This document shows positions 27,891 to 37,725 of a stretch of DNA of 64,000 bases, one piece after another. Position numbers and translations under genes: made by a program. Positions within the stretch are counted from its first letter, which is position 1. Every line of letters starts with the position of its first letter. The notes under the pieces are model-generated. The model searched no databases. It saw only the letters and a program-made list of their open reading frames with translations, and was not told the origin of the DNA. This stretch comes from Bdellovibrionia bacterium (lineage in GTDB: Bacteria; Bdellovibrionota; UBA1018), in the NCBI GenBank assembly GCA_040399745.1, contig JBBARP010000008.1, forward strand, positions 4,133 through 68,132, written 5' to 3'.

Positions 27891-30134
27891 ATGGAGAATG
27901 ATCCCGGTTCCGCCAAGAAGTCGGAACCATCTAAAAACGCGGTACTGAAGAAGTTTGGACGCTACCTGCTGCTCGACAAGCTGGCAGAAGGCGGGATGGC
28001 TTCTATTTTCCGCGCCCGCCTGGCGACGAACGACGGAATCTCCCGGATTCAGGTCATCAAGCGCATTCAAGATCATTTTAGCCGCGACCCGAACTATTTG
28101 CGGATGTTCCGGTCTGAAATCAAAGTCGCGATGGGCTTCAATCATCCGAACGTGATTCAAACCTATGATTATGGCGAGGTAGACGGACGTCTGTTCATCG
28201 CGATGGAATGGGTCGACGGAAAAAATCTCCGGGAAGTATTGAACCGTTTCAAGGGCAAGATGGGAAAACTTCCCGTCGAATTCACGGTGCATGTGATTGA
28301 ACAGGTGGCAGCCGGACTTCACTATGCTCACCAGTTCAAAGATAAGATCTCAGGCCAAGAACTCTCGGTCATCCATCGCGACGTTTCGCCGCAGAACATC
28401 CTGATTGCTTACGATGGCCAGGTGAAGATTATCGACTTCGGCATCGTGAAGTCGGAAGTGAACGAAGAGAAGACCCAGATGGGAACCATCAAGGGCAAGC
28501 CTTCTTACTTCGCGCCCGAACAAGCGATGGGGCTCGAGGATCTCGATCACCGAACCGATCAATTCGCTTTGGCGGTCGTGCTCTGGGAAATGCTGGTTGG
28601 CCGAAAGCTTTTCACGGCTGAAAACGACATGAAGCTGATTCGGATGATCGAGTCCTGCTCGAGTCACGTTCAGCCGCCTTCGACGGTCGAAGGCGGTGTT
28701 GGCGACCCGGACCTCGATAAAGTCATTATGCGCGCTCTGAGTCGCGACAAGGAAAAGCGCTTCAAGGACTGTGAGGAATTCGCTCGGGAGCTCAGAAACT
28801 ACCTGAAGCGTTATCGTCCGGACTTTAATCCGTCCCTGATCACGGACGCCATGAAGCAGTATTTCAAAGACGAGCTGGTTCAAGAGATCAAGCTTTTGAA
28901 AGATCTCAGCGCTCGCGCCGACGCAATCTTGGCCGAAGAAGGCGAAGTCTTGAGCGAGAAGCCACAGGACCTAGCGGAAGATCCGGATGCTAACCGGGAA
29001 GATACGACTACCCTTTATCGCTCGAAAGGATCAGCGGGATCGGCCCCAGTAGGGCCTTCCGCGCAGACCCCGGCTCGAGGTTCGCGTGAAGTCGTGAAGG
29101 CATTGCCATCGGGTGCTGCGATTCCGCAAGTAGACTTGCAAAGCCGCCCAGCCATGGCGCGTCCGACGGGAACGCGCTCGTCGATTTCGGTGAATCGGCC
29201 GGCCGAGACTTCGGGTGGGAGTGCGGTAGGAAAAATTCTTCTTCTGGTAGGTGCGCTTGCAGGCGTGCTCTTCGTGGGACCGGAGTATGGAATCGAGATT
29301 CCGGGGGTGGACCCCTGGGTGGCCCCTTACCGTGGTTTTGTTGCCCAGTACTTCGGCAGGCGAAAGACCTTCCGCATTGAGCTGAATGGGCCGCAGACCG
29401 ACGTCGAGGTCTATATGGATGGAGCGCTTCAGCCAGGGTTGAGCCGAATTCCAGGGTTTTTCGATATCGAGTTTCAAGATAAAAAAATGAGCCGCCTCAT
29501 GGTGAAAGCTAAACAGGGCGGTGGCACTTTCATTCGCGAGATTCCCCATACTTTGGTGGGAGATGTCGTTGCTCAGAACGTGGAATTCTCGAACCGCGTG
29601 CAGCGGATCGGAATGCGTCTGGAGACGCTGCCCATTCGTTTGGATCCAAAAGTGTCCAGAGTTCTCGTGAATGGCCAGCTGGTCGATTTCGACGGTTCAC
29701 AAGTTGTGAAAGTCCCCGTGGATCAGCCCCTGACCTTTGAGATCTCGCATCCAGGTTTTCAAACGCTTCGAAGTGAACGCTCTTCGATTCCCTCGCAGAC
29801 CGTCGAAGCAGGGCAGACCCTGGCTCAAGAATTCGAGCTCGTTCCGGATAAGTACGGATCCGTGCGCCTGACGCTGAATGTGACCTTGGGAACGACCGTT
29901 CGCTTTGTCATGAAAAAAGACGGTCGCGAACCGAGTTCAGGCGGAACCCTGGAATTTGAATTCGACGCGGAGAAAGTCAAAGATCGGAAGCTACCCGTGG
30001 GCGAATACCGGGTTTACGCTTTCAATAAAGGTTTGGAGCGCGAAGGAACCATCGAGAACCTGCGCGTGGATTCAGAGCGTGCGACCTACGGCACGCTCAA
30101 CTTAAGCGATCCGATCTCAAAAACTTCGCGTTAA
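27891..30134 (+). CDS. membrane-anchored Ser/Thr protein kinase with large C-terminal extracytoplasmic domain
   Basis: Hanks kinase motifs (GGMASIFRA, HRDVSPQNILI, DFGIVK, APE). Pro/Ala-rich linker, one predicted TM (ILLLVGALAGVLFVG), and about 280 aa of beta-rich C-terminal domain. Confidence 0.8.
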   Translation: MENDPGSAKKSEPSKNAVLKKFGRYLLLDKLAEGGMASIFRARLATNDGISRIQVIKRIQDHFSRDPNYLRMFRSEIKVAMGFNHPNVIQTYDYGEVDGRLFIAMEWVDGKNLREVLNRFKGKMGKLPVEFTVHVIEQVAAGLHYAHQFKDKISGQELSVIHRDVSPQNILIAYDGQVKIIDFGIVKSEVNEEKTQMGTIKGKPSYFAPEQAMGLEDLDHRTDQFALAVVLWEMLVGRKLFTAENDMKLIRMIESCSSHVQPPSTVEGGVGDPDLDKVIMRALSRDKEKRFKDCEEFARELRNYLKRYRPDFNPSLITDAMKQYFKDELVQEIKLLKDLSARADAILAEEGEVLSEKPQDLAEDPDANREDTTTLYRSKGSAGSAPVGPSAQTPARGSREVVKALPSGAAIPQVDLQSRPAMARPTGTRSSISVNRPAETSGGSAVGKILLLVGALAGVLFVGPEYGIEIPGVDPWVAPYRGFVAQYFGRRKTFRIELNGPQTDVEVYMDGALQPGLSRIPGFFDIEFQDKKMSRLMVKAKQGGGTFIREIPHTLVGDVVAQNVEFSNRVQRIGMRLETLPIRLDPKVSRVLVNGQLVDFDGSQVVKVPVDQPLTFEISHPGFQTLRSERSSIPSQTVEAGQTLAQEFELVPDKYGSVRLTLNVTLGTTVRFVMKKDGREPSSGGTLEFEFDAEKVKDRKLPVGEYRVYAFNKGLEREGTIENLRVDSERATYGTLNLSDPISKTSR

Positions 30135-30230
30135 TCGCGGGCTTTGGAGGTCTCGGCAGGTTTTTTTGGTCATCGACGGAAGTCGATTGAAGGCGAAAGG
30201 CTGCGTCGAGCGACTGCTCTTCGTAGCTGA

Positions 30231-30908
30231 CTATTTCTCGTATTTGTAGCCTACGCCATAGATCGAAACGATATGGCGGGTCATAGCGGGAATCTTTTTT
30301 CGAAGTGCGCGCACGTGAACGTCGATCGTCCGGTCGCTGGTATTTCCAGCGGTATCTTTCCAAACTTCCTTCAGGATTTCATCGCGAGACACAACGTGAC
30401 CTGCGCGAGAAGCGAGACACCGAAGGATGTCGAACTCGGTGAGTGTCAGGTTGGTGGTTTTTCCTGAATAGACGGCCTCGCGACTGGCAGGATCGATCTT
30501 GAGCGAACCGACCAAGATGGCTTGAGCAGCCGCATCGGGGGCTCGGCGAAGCCTTGCGCGGATTCGAGCCACGAGTTCCTTATAGTCAAACGGCTTAGGA
30601 ATGTAATCGTCGGCCCCACCGGTGAGCCCTTGGGTGATGTCGCTGACGGTGTTTTTTGCGGAGAGAAAAATGATGGGGATGTGCCGAGTGCGTTCATCCT
30701 TCTTCATCAGGGAACAAGCATCGTAGCCACTGAGAATGGGAAGCATGACATCCAGAAGAATGAGGTCAGGATTTTGGTTTCGAGCGATTTCCATACCGAT
30801 GATGGCATTCTCGGCAGTCAGAATGTTGAAGTCCTTACTGAGCATGGCTTGAAGAAATCTTCGCGTTTCCGGATTATCTTCAACGATGAGCAGAGTAGAT
30901 TTTTCCAT
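30231..30908 (-). CDS. OmpR-family response regulator (REC + winged helix)
   Basis: LLIVEDNPETRR ... DLILLDVMLP ... DDYIPKPFDYKELVARI receiver motifs. C-terminal trans_reg_C (ILKEVWKD...TIDVHV). Confidence 0.85.
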   Translation of the reverse strand: MEKSTLLIVEDNPETRRFLQAMLSKDFNILTAENAIIGMEIARNQNPDLILLDVMLPILSGYDACSLMKKDERTRHIPIIFLSAKNTVSDITQGLTGGADDYIPKPFDYKELVARIRARLRRAPDAAAQAILVGSLKIDPASREAVYSGKTTNLTLTEFDILRCLASRAGHVVSRDEILKEVWKDTAGNTSDRTIDVHVRALRKKIPAMTRHIVSIYGVGYKYEK

Positions 30909-30932
30909 GATGTTTTTTTCGCTCGTTGCCGC

Positions 30933-31583
30933 TTAGGCGGCTCGTTTCTTGGGCTTGGGAAGGACGTATTCTTCTGTGATTTCCTCTTCGAGGCCGCCCC
31001 ACGTGGGGTGGGCCTTGAGGAAGACTTTGACTAAATCGGTGTCGAACTGGCGGCCGGAGAACAGGCGTAGTTCCTTGTAAGCCACCTCAGGGGTGAGGCC
31101 TTTTCTATAAGGCCGAGTGGTGGTCATGGCGTCGAAAGTATCTGCGATGAGGATGATCCGTGCCGAAAGAGGGATTTTCTGGCCGAACACGCCGTCTGGA
31201 TAGCCTGCACCGTCCATTCGTTCGTGATGGTGGCGAACTCCTGGGGCTACTGCCTTGAAGAAAGGAACGTGGGTGAGTGAGGAGATGATCTTCTCGCTCT
31301 TTTCAGGGTGCGCCCTCATGATCGCTTCTTCGTCAGCGCTCAGACGGCCTGGCTTAAGCAGGATCGAGTCGGGAATCCCCATCTTGCCGAGATCGTGAAA
31401 TAGGCTCGCGTATTCCACCACGCGTTGCTCGTATTCATTGAGGCCCGCGGCTTCTGCCAAAAGACGAGAGTTTCGGGCGACTCGTCGGCAATGGCCGTAG
31501 GTATAGGGATCCCTTTCCTTCAGCGCCTGAAGGAGGGCTCGTGCGACCTGATTTGCCCAATCCGGAATGTTATCCCAAGCCAT
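30933..31583 (-). CDS. stand-alone HD-GYP domain phosphohydrolase (probable c-di-GMP phosphodiesterase)
   Basis: HD motif (FHDLGK) and HHERMDGAGYPDG (HD-GYP signature). Lies 24 nt upstream of the response regulator on the same strand. Confidence 0.8.
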   Translation of the reverse strand: MAWDNIPDWANQVARALLQALKERDPYTYGHCRRVARNSRLLAEAAGLNEYEQRVVEYASLFHDLGKMGIPDSILLKPGRLSADEEAIMRAHPEKSEKIISSLTHVPFFKAVAPGVRHHHERMDGAGYPDGVFGQKIPLSARIILIADTFDAMTTTRPYRKGLTPEVAYKELRLFSGRQFDTDLVKVFLKAHPTWGGLEEEITEEYVLPKPKKRAA

Positions 31584-31698
31584 GAGAGAAGTTCCCTGCC
31601 TCAGGCGTATCGGGTGAGGACGGGATTGCCCTTAACAATTCCTTTCCGGATGGAAAAAAGGGTAAGGCCCACCCGGGGATTTTGCCGAAAGGGAGAAT

Positions 31699-32796
31699 AT
31701 GGGGCGAAGCCTGATCATCTCTATCGCAGGTTTATTGACGCTGACCTGGGCAACTTCGCAAAATGCGATTGCAGACGCGGGCGACCTGATTCCTGGCTCG
31801 CGCTACACCTCGGGTAGGGCCGCAGCGCTGGGTGGCGCTTTCTTAGCTTTGGCTGACGATGCGGCCTCGGCGCTTTTCTATAACCCATCCGCAATCGCCA
31901 AGCTGAAGCGAACTGGCGTGGAAGTGGCCAATATCCAGTTTCAGCTCACTCCCGACTACATCAAGAACTTCGACATGGATTTCTACAAAGTCACTGGATT
32001 GTCGGGTTACTCCAGTTCGGTCGCCTCCCATCCGAACACGTTGCCGGGAGTTGGCATGACCTTCGCTCCGACCGTTTCCATGCGGGGCGCGAGCTTTGGC
32101 TTACTCGCTTCTACCCGACTTCAAGCGACTTCGGATGGAACGAATCTGACCCATCGAAGTTACTACCAATTGGTTCCCACTTTCGGAACTGCGCTTCCCT
32201 TGGCTTCAGGGGTGGTTCGTCTCGGGTACAGCCTTCAGTGGGTGAACCGCGCTTCTGGTACGAATACACTCGCCGTGGGTGACACCATGGGCTGGAGTCG
32301 CAGTATCGCAGAGGGTTCTGCGCTTTCTCATAATGCGGCGCTCGCTTTGAATCTGCCTTTTACACTTTTGCCGTCGCTGAACGTGGTCGCGCGAAATGTG
32401 GGCGGGGCTCGCTATTCTTCTTTTTCGTTGGTGCCTTTGACTTCGAATAAAACGGGATTGCCCGCAGATGAGCCCATGAGTGTGGACTTGGGTTTTGGGA
32501 TTCAGCCAAAACTGGGTGGCGGAAGCTCGATGAACGTGGTCTTGGACTGGCGTGATTTCACCAACACGAGTGGTGCTTCGCTTTACAGCCACCTCTCGGG
32601 CGGAATGGAGCTGACTTTCCGAGACAGGTTTTTCCTGCGCGGTGGGGTGGGAAGCGGCTATCCGGCGCTCGGAATTGGCCTTCGGACGAAACGCGCTGAT
32701 GTTCATATGTCTTGGTACAGCGAGGAACGCAGCACCTCGTTTCGGGATGAGCGCGATGTGCGATGGCTGCTTCACTATCAGATGAGAGCTTTCTGA
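31699..32796 (+). CDS. outer membrane beta-barrel protein, FadL/OmpP1/TodX-like
   Basis: Signal peptide. N-terminal segment SGRAAALGGAFLALADDAASALFYNPSAI resembles the FadL hatch/NPA region. Gly/Ser/Thr-rich amphipathic strands. C-terminal aromatic F. Confidence 0.5.
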   Translation: MGRSLIISIAGLLTLTWATSQNAIADAGDLIPGSRYTSGRAAALGGAFLALADDAASALFYNPSAIAKLKRTGVEVANIQFQLTPDYIKNFDMDFYKVTGLSGYSSSVASHPNTLPGVGMTFAPTVSMRGASFGLLASTRLQATSDGTNLTHRSYYQLVPTFGTALPLASGVVRLGYSLQWVNRASGTNTLAVGDTMGWSRSIAEGSALSHNAALALNLPFTLLPSLNVVARNVGGARYSSFSLVPLTSNKTGLPADEPMSVDLGFGIQPKLGGGSSMNVVLDWRDFTNTSGASLYSHLSGGMELTFRDRFFLRGGVGSGYPALGIGLRTKRADVHMSWYSEERSTSFRDERDVRWLLHYQMRAF

Positions 32797-32797
32797 A

Positions 32798-33943
32798 ATG
32801 GCGCTTCGATTGTCGGTACTGGCAAAGGACGTGAAGACCGAAGGCCGCTGGATGGATGAACTGCGCGGGCAGCTTCGTCTGGTCAGCGATATTGAATTAG
32901 GGGCCGTTTCAGGTGGAGTGGCGCCGGGCGAGCTGATTCTGGTGGATGGGAGTGATCCAGATGAGGTGATCGACCTGCTGGCGCGGTTCCCGGCCGAGGA
33001 ACGCAAGAAAAAGGCGTTTTGTTTGATGGTTCCTGAGGGGGCTACGGTTCCATCCGAGCTACTGGACGGCCAAGTGGACGATGTTCTGATTTATCCCTTC
33101 CGAAACCCTGAGCTTTTGGTGCGAATCCATCAGTTGGGGCGAGCCCTACAGTGGAAAGGCTTGGAGAGTGTCAGCCGAGTTTTGGGCGAGACCGTGGAGC
33201 AGCTTCGCGAGGACCTGGCACTTGCAACGCGCCTTCAGAAGTCCAGCACGCCGACTCGGTTTCAGGATGTTCGGGGCTTCCGCTTTGCGAGCCGCTATCT
33301 GGCGGGTCTACGAGCGGGAGGGGATTACTTCGATCTCGCTGAGTCGGGCGATTCCCGTCAGCTTTCGCTCCTCCTTTCCGATGCCTCAAGCCATGGTCTT
33401 TCGAGCGCAGTGCTCGGGGCTTTGATGAAAGTGGCTCTGAAGCTTTCGGCGGACGACGTGCGATCGGTGGGCGAGACCGTGCGCCGAATTTTCAACGAGG
33501 TGCTGGTCGCCTTGTCTGAGCGCGATCACCTGTCCCTTTTCTACGGAGTTCTGAGTCGTCGGGACCTGAAGCTTCGCTACCTGAACCTCGGTCACTCTCG
33601 TGCGTTTCATGCCCCGGATGGTCAGCCGTTCCGTGAGCTTGCTCGGCAAGGGGAGCCCATTACGCGGGCCAAGCTTTTGGGGCAGCCAGTAGAAGGGGAG
33701 CTTCAGCTCCACTCCAACGATCGCCTGGTCTTGCTCTCGGACGGTTTTGTTGAGGCAGCCGGCGGACCTGAGGGCGCATTGGCGCTCCTCAATCAATTCC
33801 GCTCTAAGGAATCACTGGATGCGGTGAATGAGTTCACTTTCCGCGTGAAGCAGAAGTTTTCATCACCTGAAGACTTGCCTGCCCAGGATTGTTCCATCCT
33901 CGTGGCGGACGTAGACGCTCAGACGCTTCGTTTGGCGACCTGA
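32798..33943 (+). CDS. REC-like domain + PP2C/SpoIIE-family serine phosphatase (RsbU-like)
   Basis: N-terminal receiver-like region ending DDVLIYPFRNPELLVRI. C-terminal GGDYFDL ... DASSHGLSSA ... LLSDGF motifs of PP2C/SpoIIE phosphatases. Start 1-2 nt after the OMP gene stop. Confidence 0.75.
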   Translation: MALRLSVLAKDVKTEGRWMDELRGQLRLVSDIELGAVSGGVAPGELILVDGSDPDEVIDLLARFPAEERKKKAFCLMVPEGATVPSELLDGQVDDVLIYPFRNPELLVRIHQLGRALQWKGLESVSRVLGETVEQLREDLALATRLQKSSTPTRFQDVRGFRFASRYLAGLRAGGDYFDLAESGDSRQLSLLLSDASSHGLSSAVLGALMKVALKLSADDVRSVGETVRRIFNEVLVALSERDHLSLFYGVLSRRDLKLRYLNLGHSRAFHAPDGQPFRELARQGEPITRAKLLGQPVEGELQLHSNDRLVLLSDGFVEAAGGPEGALALLNQFRSKESLDAVNEFTFRVKQKFSSPEDLPAQDCSILVADVDAQTLRLAT

Positions 33944-34089
33944 CGGGTGTCAGATTAGGCCAAAGCGAGGCGTGAATCGCCAGCAAGAAGCTGCTTAAGA
34001 AGTTGGCGCAGTCGTTTCATTTGTTGACTGTTCTAATGCGTTTTTGCAGCAAGAGCAAGAGAAACTCCTCGGTTCGCTATGAATCGAGT

Positions 34090-35256
34090 TTAGTTCAGCG
34101 CTTGATTCAAGTCGGCACGGAGGTCTTCTAGGTCTTCGATTCCCACGCTGATTCGAATCAAATTGTCGTGAATGCCCAGGGTTTTTCGAGTCTCTGCGGG
34201 AATCGATGCGTGAGTCATGATGGCCGGATGCTCGATCAGTGACTCAACGCCGCCCAAGCTTTCTGCCAAAGTGAACACCTTCACTTTTTCCAGGAATGAG
34301 CGCGCCTCCGGGAGTCCGCCTCGGATGAAGAATGTGATCATTCCGCCAAAGCCGGACATCTGACGACGAGCCAAAGCGTGCTGAGGGTGGCTTTCCAGCC
34401 CCGGATAAATCACTTTTTCGACTTTCGGGTGTTCCTCCAGAAAACGCGCAATGACCATCGCGTTTTGAGCGTGGCGCTCCATCCGGACGGGGAGGGTTTT
34501 TAGGCCTCGCATCACGAGGAAACAATCCATGGGCGCGGGCACAGCACCCACAGCGTTCTGGAGGAAGCGGAGTTGATCGTGAAGGTCATCGCGATTCATC
34601 ACGGCGATTCCGCCCACCACGTCCGAGTGACCGTTCATGTACTTGGTGACCGAGTGAACGACGATGTCGGCTCCCAGCGCCAGCGGCTTCTGGAAGTAAG
34701 AGCTCATGAAGGTGTTATCGACCACCGAGATCGCGCCTTTTTTGCGGGCAAGATCCGTGAGGGCGCGAATGTCGACCACTTTCAGCATGGGATTCGTGGG
34801 AGTTTCGGTCCACAGAAGGCGGGTGTTGGACTGAAAAGCCGCCTCGGTTTTTGAAAGGTCAGACATGTCGACGAAAGTGAAGTCGATGCCCAGGCGGCGG
34901 AATACTTTGTCGAAAATACGGAAGGTCCCGCCGTAGACGTCGTCACCGCAGACCACGTGGTCGCCGGCGCTGAGGAGCTTGATGATGGCGTCGGTAGTCG
35001 CCAAGCCCGAAGCAAAGGCAAGCGCGTGCTTTCCGCCTTCCAGTGCTGCCACGCACTGTTGGTAGGCCGTGCGAGTGGGGTTGTGGGTGCGGGAGTACTC
35101 GTAGCCGCGGTGTTTACCGGGGCTTTCCTGGGCGTAAGTCGAGGTTTGGTAAATGGGCGTCATGACGGCGCCCGTTTCCGGATCGGCTTGCTGACCGGCA
35201 TGGACGGCCAAGGTGGAAAAGCCCAGTTTCATTTCGCGGGAATGCTCGAGTTTCAT
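34090..35256 (-). CDS. Cys/Met-metabolism PLP enzyme (cystathionine gamma-lyase/gamma-synthase/beta-lyase family)
   Basis: Fold-type I PLP motifs. The Lys in SVTKYMNGHSD is the PLP-lysine context. About 390 aa. Confidence 0.8.
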   Translation of the reverse strand: MKLEHSREMKLGFSTLAVHAGQQADPETGAVMTPIYQTSTYAQESPGKHRGYEYSRTHNPTRTAYQQCVAALEGGKHALAFASGLATTDAIIKLLSAGDHVVCGDDVYGGTFRIFDKVFRRLGIDFTFVDMSDLSKTEAAFQSNTRLLWTETPTNPMLKVVDIRALTDLARKKGAISVVDNTFMSSYFQKPLALGADIVVHSVTKYMNGHSDVVGGIAVMNRDDLHDQLRFLQNAVGAVPAPMDCFLVMRGLKTLPVRMERHAQNAMVIARFLEEHPKVEKVIYPGLESHPQHALARRQMSGFGGMITFFIRGGLPEARSFLEKVKVFTLAESLGGVESLIEHPAIMTHASIPAETRKTLGIHDNLIRISVGIEDLEDLRADLNQALN

Positions 35257-35278
35257 TTTCAGTGACTCCGATCGTCGT

Positions 35279-36259
35279 TCAGTCCAGGAAGCCGTTGTCC
35301 TTCATCCACTGGTCGTCATAGACCTTGGACATGTAGCGGTTGCCCGAGTCGGGAAGGATGACCAGCACGTTCTTACCCTTCAGCGAATTGCCTTGGGACT
35401 TGATCCACTTCAGCGCTCCGACGGTCGCAGCTCCGCAGCTGACACCGATGTACAGGCCCTCTTCGCGCAGCAGGCGGCGGGTCATCAAGTGGGATTCTTT
35501 GTCCTCGACTTGAACCACGTCGTCCCAGAGCGAGAAGTCGTAGTTTTTCGGGAGGAAGTCCTCGCCGATGCCTTCGATTTTGTAGCTGGCCGGGGGCGAC
35601 TGAGGCTTTCCGGTTTTGAAGACGTCATAAACGATGGAGCCGATCGGATCGACTCCGACGACTTTCACCGAAGGTTTCACTTCTTTCAGGTACTTTGCGC
35701 ATCCCGAGAGGGTGCCGCCCGTACCGATTCCTGCGACGAAAACATCGATTTCGGGCATCTGTCGGAAAATTTCCGGACCTGTGGTTTTGTAATGCGCCTC
35801 GCGATTGGCCAAGTTGTCGTACTGGTTGAGCCAGATCGAATTCGGCGTTTCTGAAGCGATGCGCTTGGCGACCGAGTAGTAGGAGCGCGGGTCTTCGGGC
35901 TCGACGTTGGTCGGAGTAATCACGACTTCGGCTCCAAAAGCGCGAAGGTTTCGGATTTTTTCTTGGCTCATCTTATCGGGCATCGTGAAAACGCACTTGT
36001 AGCCTTTGATGGCAGCCGCCATGGCCAGTCCCATTCCGGTATTGCCGCTGGTGCATTCGACGATAGTTCCGCCGGGAAGGATGACACCGCGTTTTTCAGC
36101 GTCTTCGATCAAGTACCAGCCGATCCGGTCCTTGATCGAACCTCCGGGATTGAGGGCTTCGACTTTTCCAAAAACATTCGCCGGGCACCCCTCCGTGACC
36201 CGGTTCAGTCGGACGATCGGCGTATTCCCGATGGCTTGAAGCACGTTTTGATGAACCAT
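35279..36259 (-). CDS. cysteine synthase / cystathionine beta-synthase-like (fold-type II PLP, no CBS domains)
   Basis: GSIKDR PLP-lysine motif, TSGNTG, GIGTGGT loops. Paired with the downstream gamma-lyase, which suggests reverse transsulfuration. Confidence 0.8.
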   Translation of the reverse strand: MVHQNVLQAIGNTPIVRLNRVTEGCPANVFGKVEALNPGGSIKDRIGWYLIEDAEKRGVILPGGTIVECTSGNTGMGLAMAAAIKGYKCVFTMPDKMSQEKIRNLRAFGAEVVITPTNVEPEDPRSYYSVAKRIASETPNSIWLNQYDNLANREAHYKTTGPEIFRQMPEIDVFVAGIGTGGTLSGCAKYLKEVKPSVKVVGVDPIGSIVYDVFKTGKPQSPPASYKIEGIGEDFLPKNYDFSLWDDVVQVEDKESHLMTRRLLREEGLYIGVSCGAATVGALKWIKSQGNSLKGKNVLVILPDSGNRYMSKVYDDQWMKDNGFLD

Positions 36260-36321
36260 GGCGCGGTTCTAGCGGGCTGACCTTCAGGGCGCAAGTCGAG
36301 CAGAAGGGAGAATTCCGAGCT

Positions 36322-37725
36322 TCAGCGGCGTTCGGCTTGTTCTAAGCCCGTGGCGAGCGCTGAAATCCGGGCAATCGAGCCATAAACGAGCTCCAGGACC
36401 GGCTCCTCGTCCTCGGCTGTTTCGGCGGGGAGCGAAGGCTCGTCATCTAATGCGGCGCGGCGAAGGTCGGTCATGCAGAGCTTACGGAAGACCATGCCTT
36501 GGGAGTTCAAATTATCTTCAACCCCACGCTCGGTGTTCGTGCGCAAGAATCCCCCGATCAGTTCGGTGCCCACTAAGTAGATGACCGGCTCGGCTGCCAG
36601 GCGGCCCACAAGGGTCGCTGTGGGAATGCCTTCTTGTACGGCGACGCTCTCGATCAGCCTCTTGTTCTTGCCGACCGACATCTTATTTTTCGCACGGCGA
36701 TTCAGGGCCAGGATTTCCTGCGCCGAGTGAGCGACGAGGATTCCCATGCCGTAGGTGCCTGCATTGTTCTTCACGAAAGCGAACGGCTCTTGCTGAAGCC
36801 CGCGTTCTTCAAAAGCGTGCCGAGTCTTGGAAAGCACGCGCTCGACCGAAGCCGCTACGCGGTCCAGCCCCAGATCTTCATTGAAGTTCACTTCGTCAAC
36901 GGCTTCCGTCTCGACCTGAATAATCCAAGGGTCAATGCCGATGATTTGGGCGAATTCCCCCGCCAAACGGTTGTAGTGAACGAAGTGCGTGCTTTTCTTT
37001 CGCGAGTGCCAACCGAGCGTGTGGGAAGGCAGGATCGGCTGGCGGACCGAGTCGAGCAGCTTGGGATAGCCGCTCGAGAAGTCATTATTGAGAAGGATCA
37101 AGTCCGGGACAAAACCCTGAGCGCTGAGCGTCCCGTCCTGAATTTGAATGGGAACGAGTCGTAGTTTTTTTTGAGTCGCCGACTCGAGTTCCAGCGGCTG
37201 ATTATTTTCTGGCTGGGCGGAACCTGACCACCAGCCCAAGCAAACTTCAAAGCCCGCGGTTTCAAGAATGGATTGCAGGTAGTGCAGATTCTCCAGGTAC
37301 CAGACGTTTGAAGTGTGGGCTTCGGGAAGGATCAAAATTTTCTGAGGCTCGCGCGGCATCCCCAGCCGAGAAGCGTAGGTGGCCAGTTGAGCGCGAAAAA
37401 TCGGAGCAGCCGATCGTTGATCGTCCGGGCACAAATTGTTGAAGCCTGCCGGGTAGAGGTTGGAATCAACGGGCGCGATTTTGTAGCCCGAGTCGCGAAG
37501 GTCAACCGAGCAGTAAAACGGAGGCGGCGCTTGGCGTGACCCCTTCAGTGCCCAATCGAAAAGCTCTTGCCGATGCTTTTGAATTCGAGCGGCGAGATCG
37601 CGTTTGAGTTTCTGGCCTTCAAGAGTGGTGCGAGTCACAGAATCTGCCGTTTCAGAAGCGGCCGAACTTACGGCAGGAACTTTGAGCCTGCTCGAAGGGC
37701 GCTTTCCTGGAGGCAGGGATATCAC
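36322..37725 (-). CDS. putative glutamate--cysteine ligase (GshA-type, non-E. coli family)
   Basis: N-terminal FYCSVDLRDSGYKIAPVDSNLYPAGFNN resembles the bacterial GshA family distinct from enterobacterial GshA. The assignment rests on motif memory only. Track start overlaps the upstream gene by 74 nt. Confidence 0.4.
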   Translation of the reverse strand: MISLPPGKRPSSRLKVPAVSSAASETADSVTRTTLEGQKLKRDLAARIQKHRQELFDWALKGSRQAPPPFYCSVDLRDSGYKIAPVDSNLYPAGFNNLCPDDQRSAAPIFRAQLATYASRLGMPREPQKILILPEAHTSNVWYLENLHYLQSILETAGFEVCLGWWSGSAQPENNQPLELESATQKKLRLVPIQIQDGTLSAQGFVPDLILLNNDFSSGYPKLLDSVRQPILPSHTLGWHSRKKSTHFVHYNRLAGEFAQIIGIDPWIIQVETEAVDEVNFNEDLGLDRVAASVERVLSKTRHAFEERGLQQEPFAFVKNNAGTYGMGILVAHSAQEILALNRRAKNKMSVGKNKRLIESVAVQEGIPTATLVGRLAAEPVIYLVGTELIGGFLRTNTERGVEDNLNSQGMVFRKLCMTDLRRAALDDEPSLPAETAEDEEPVLELVYGSIARISALATGLEQAERR

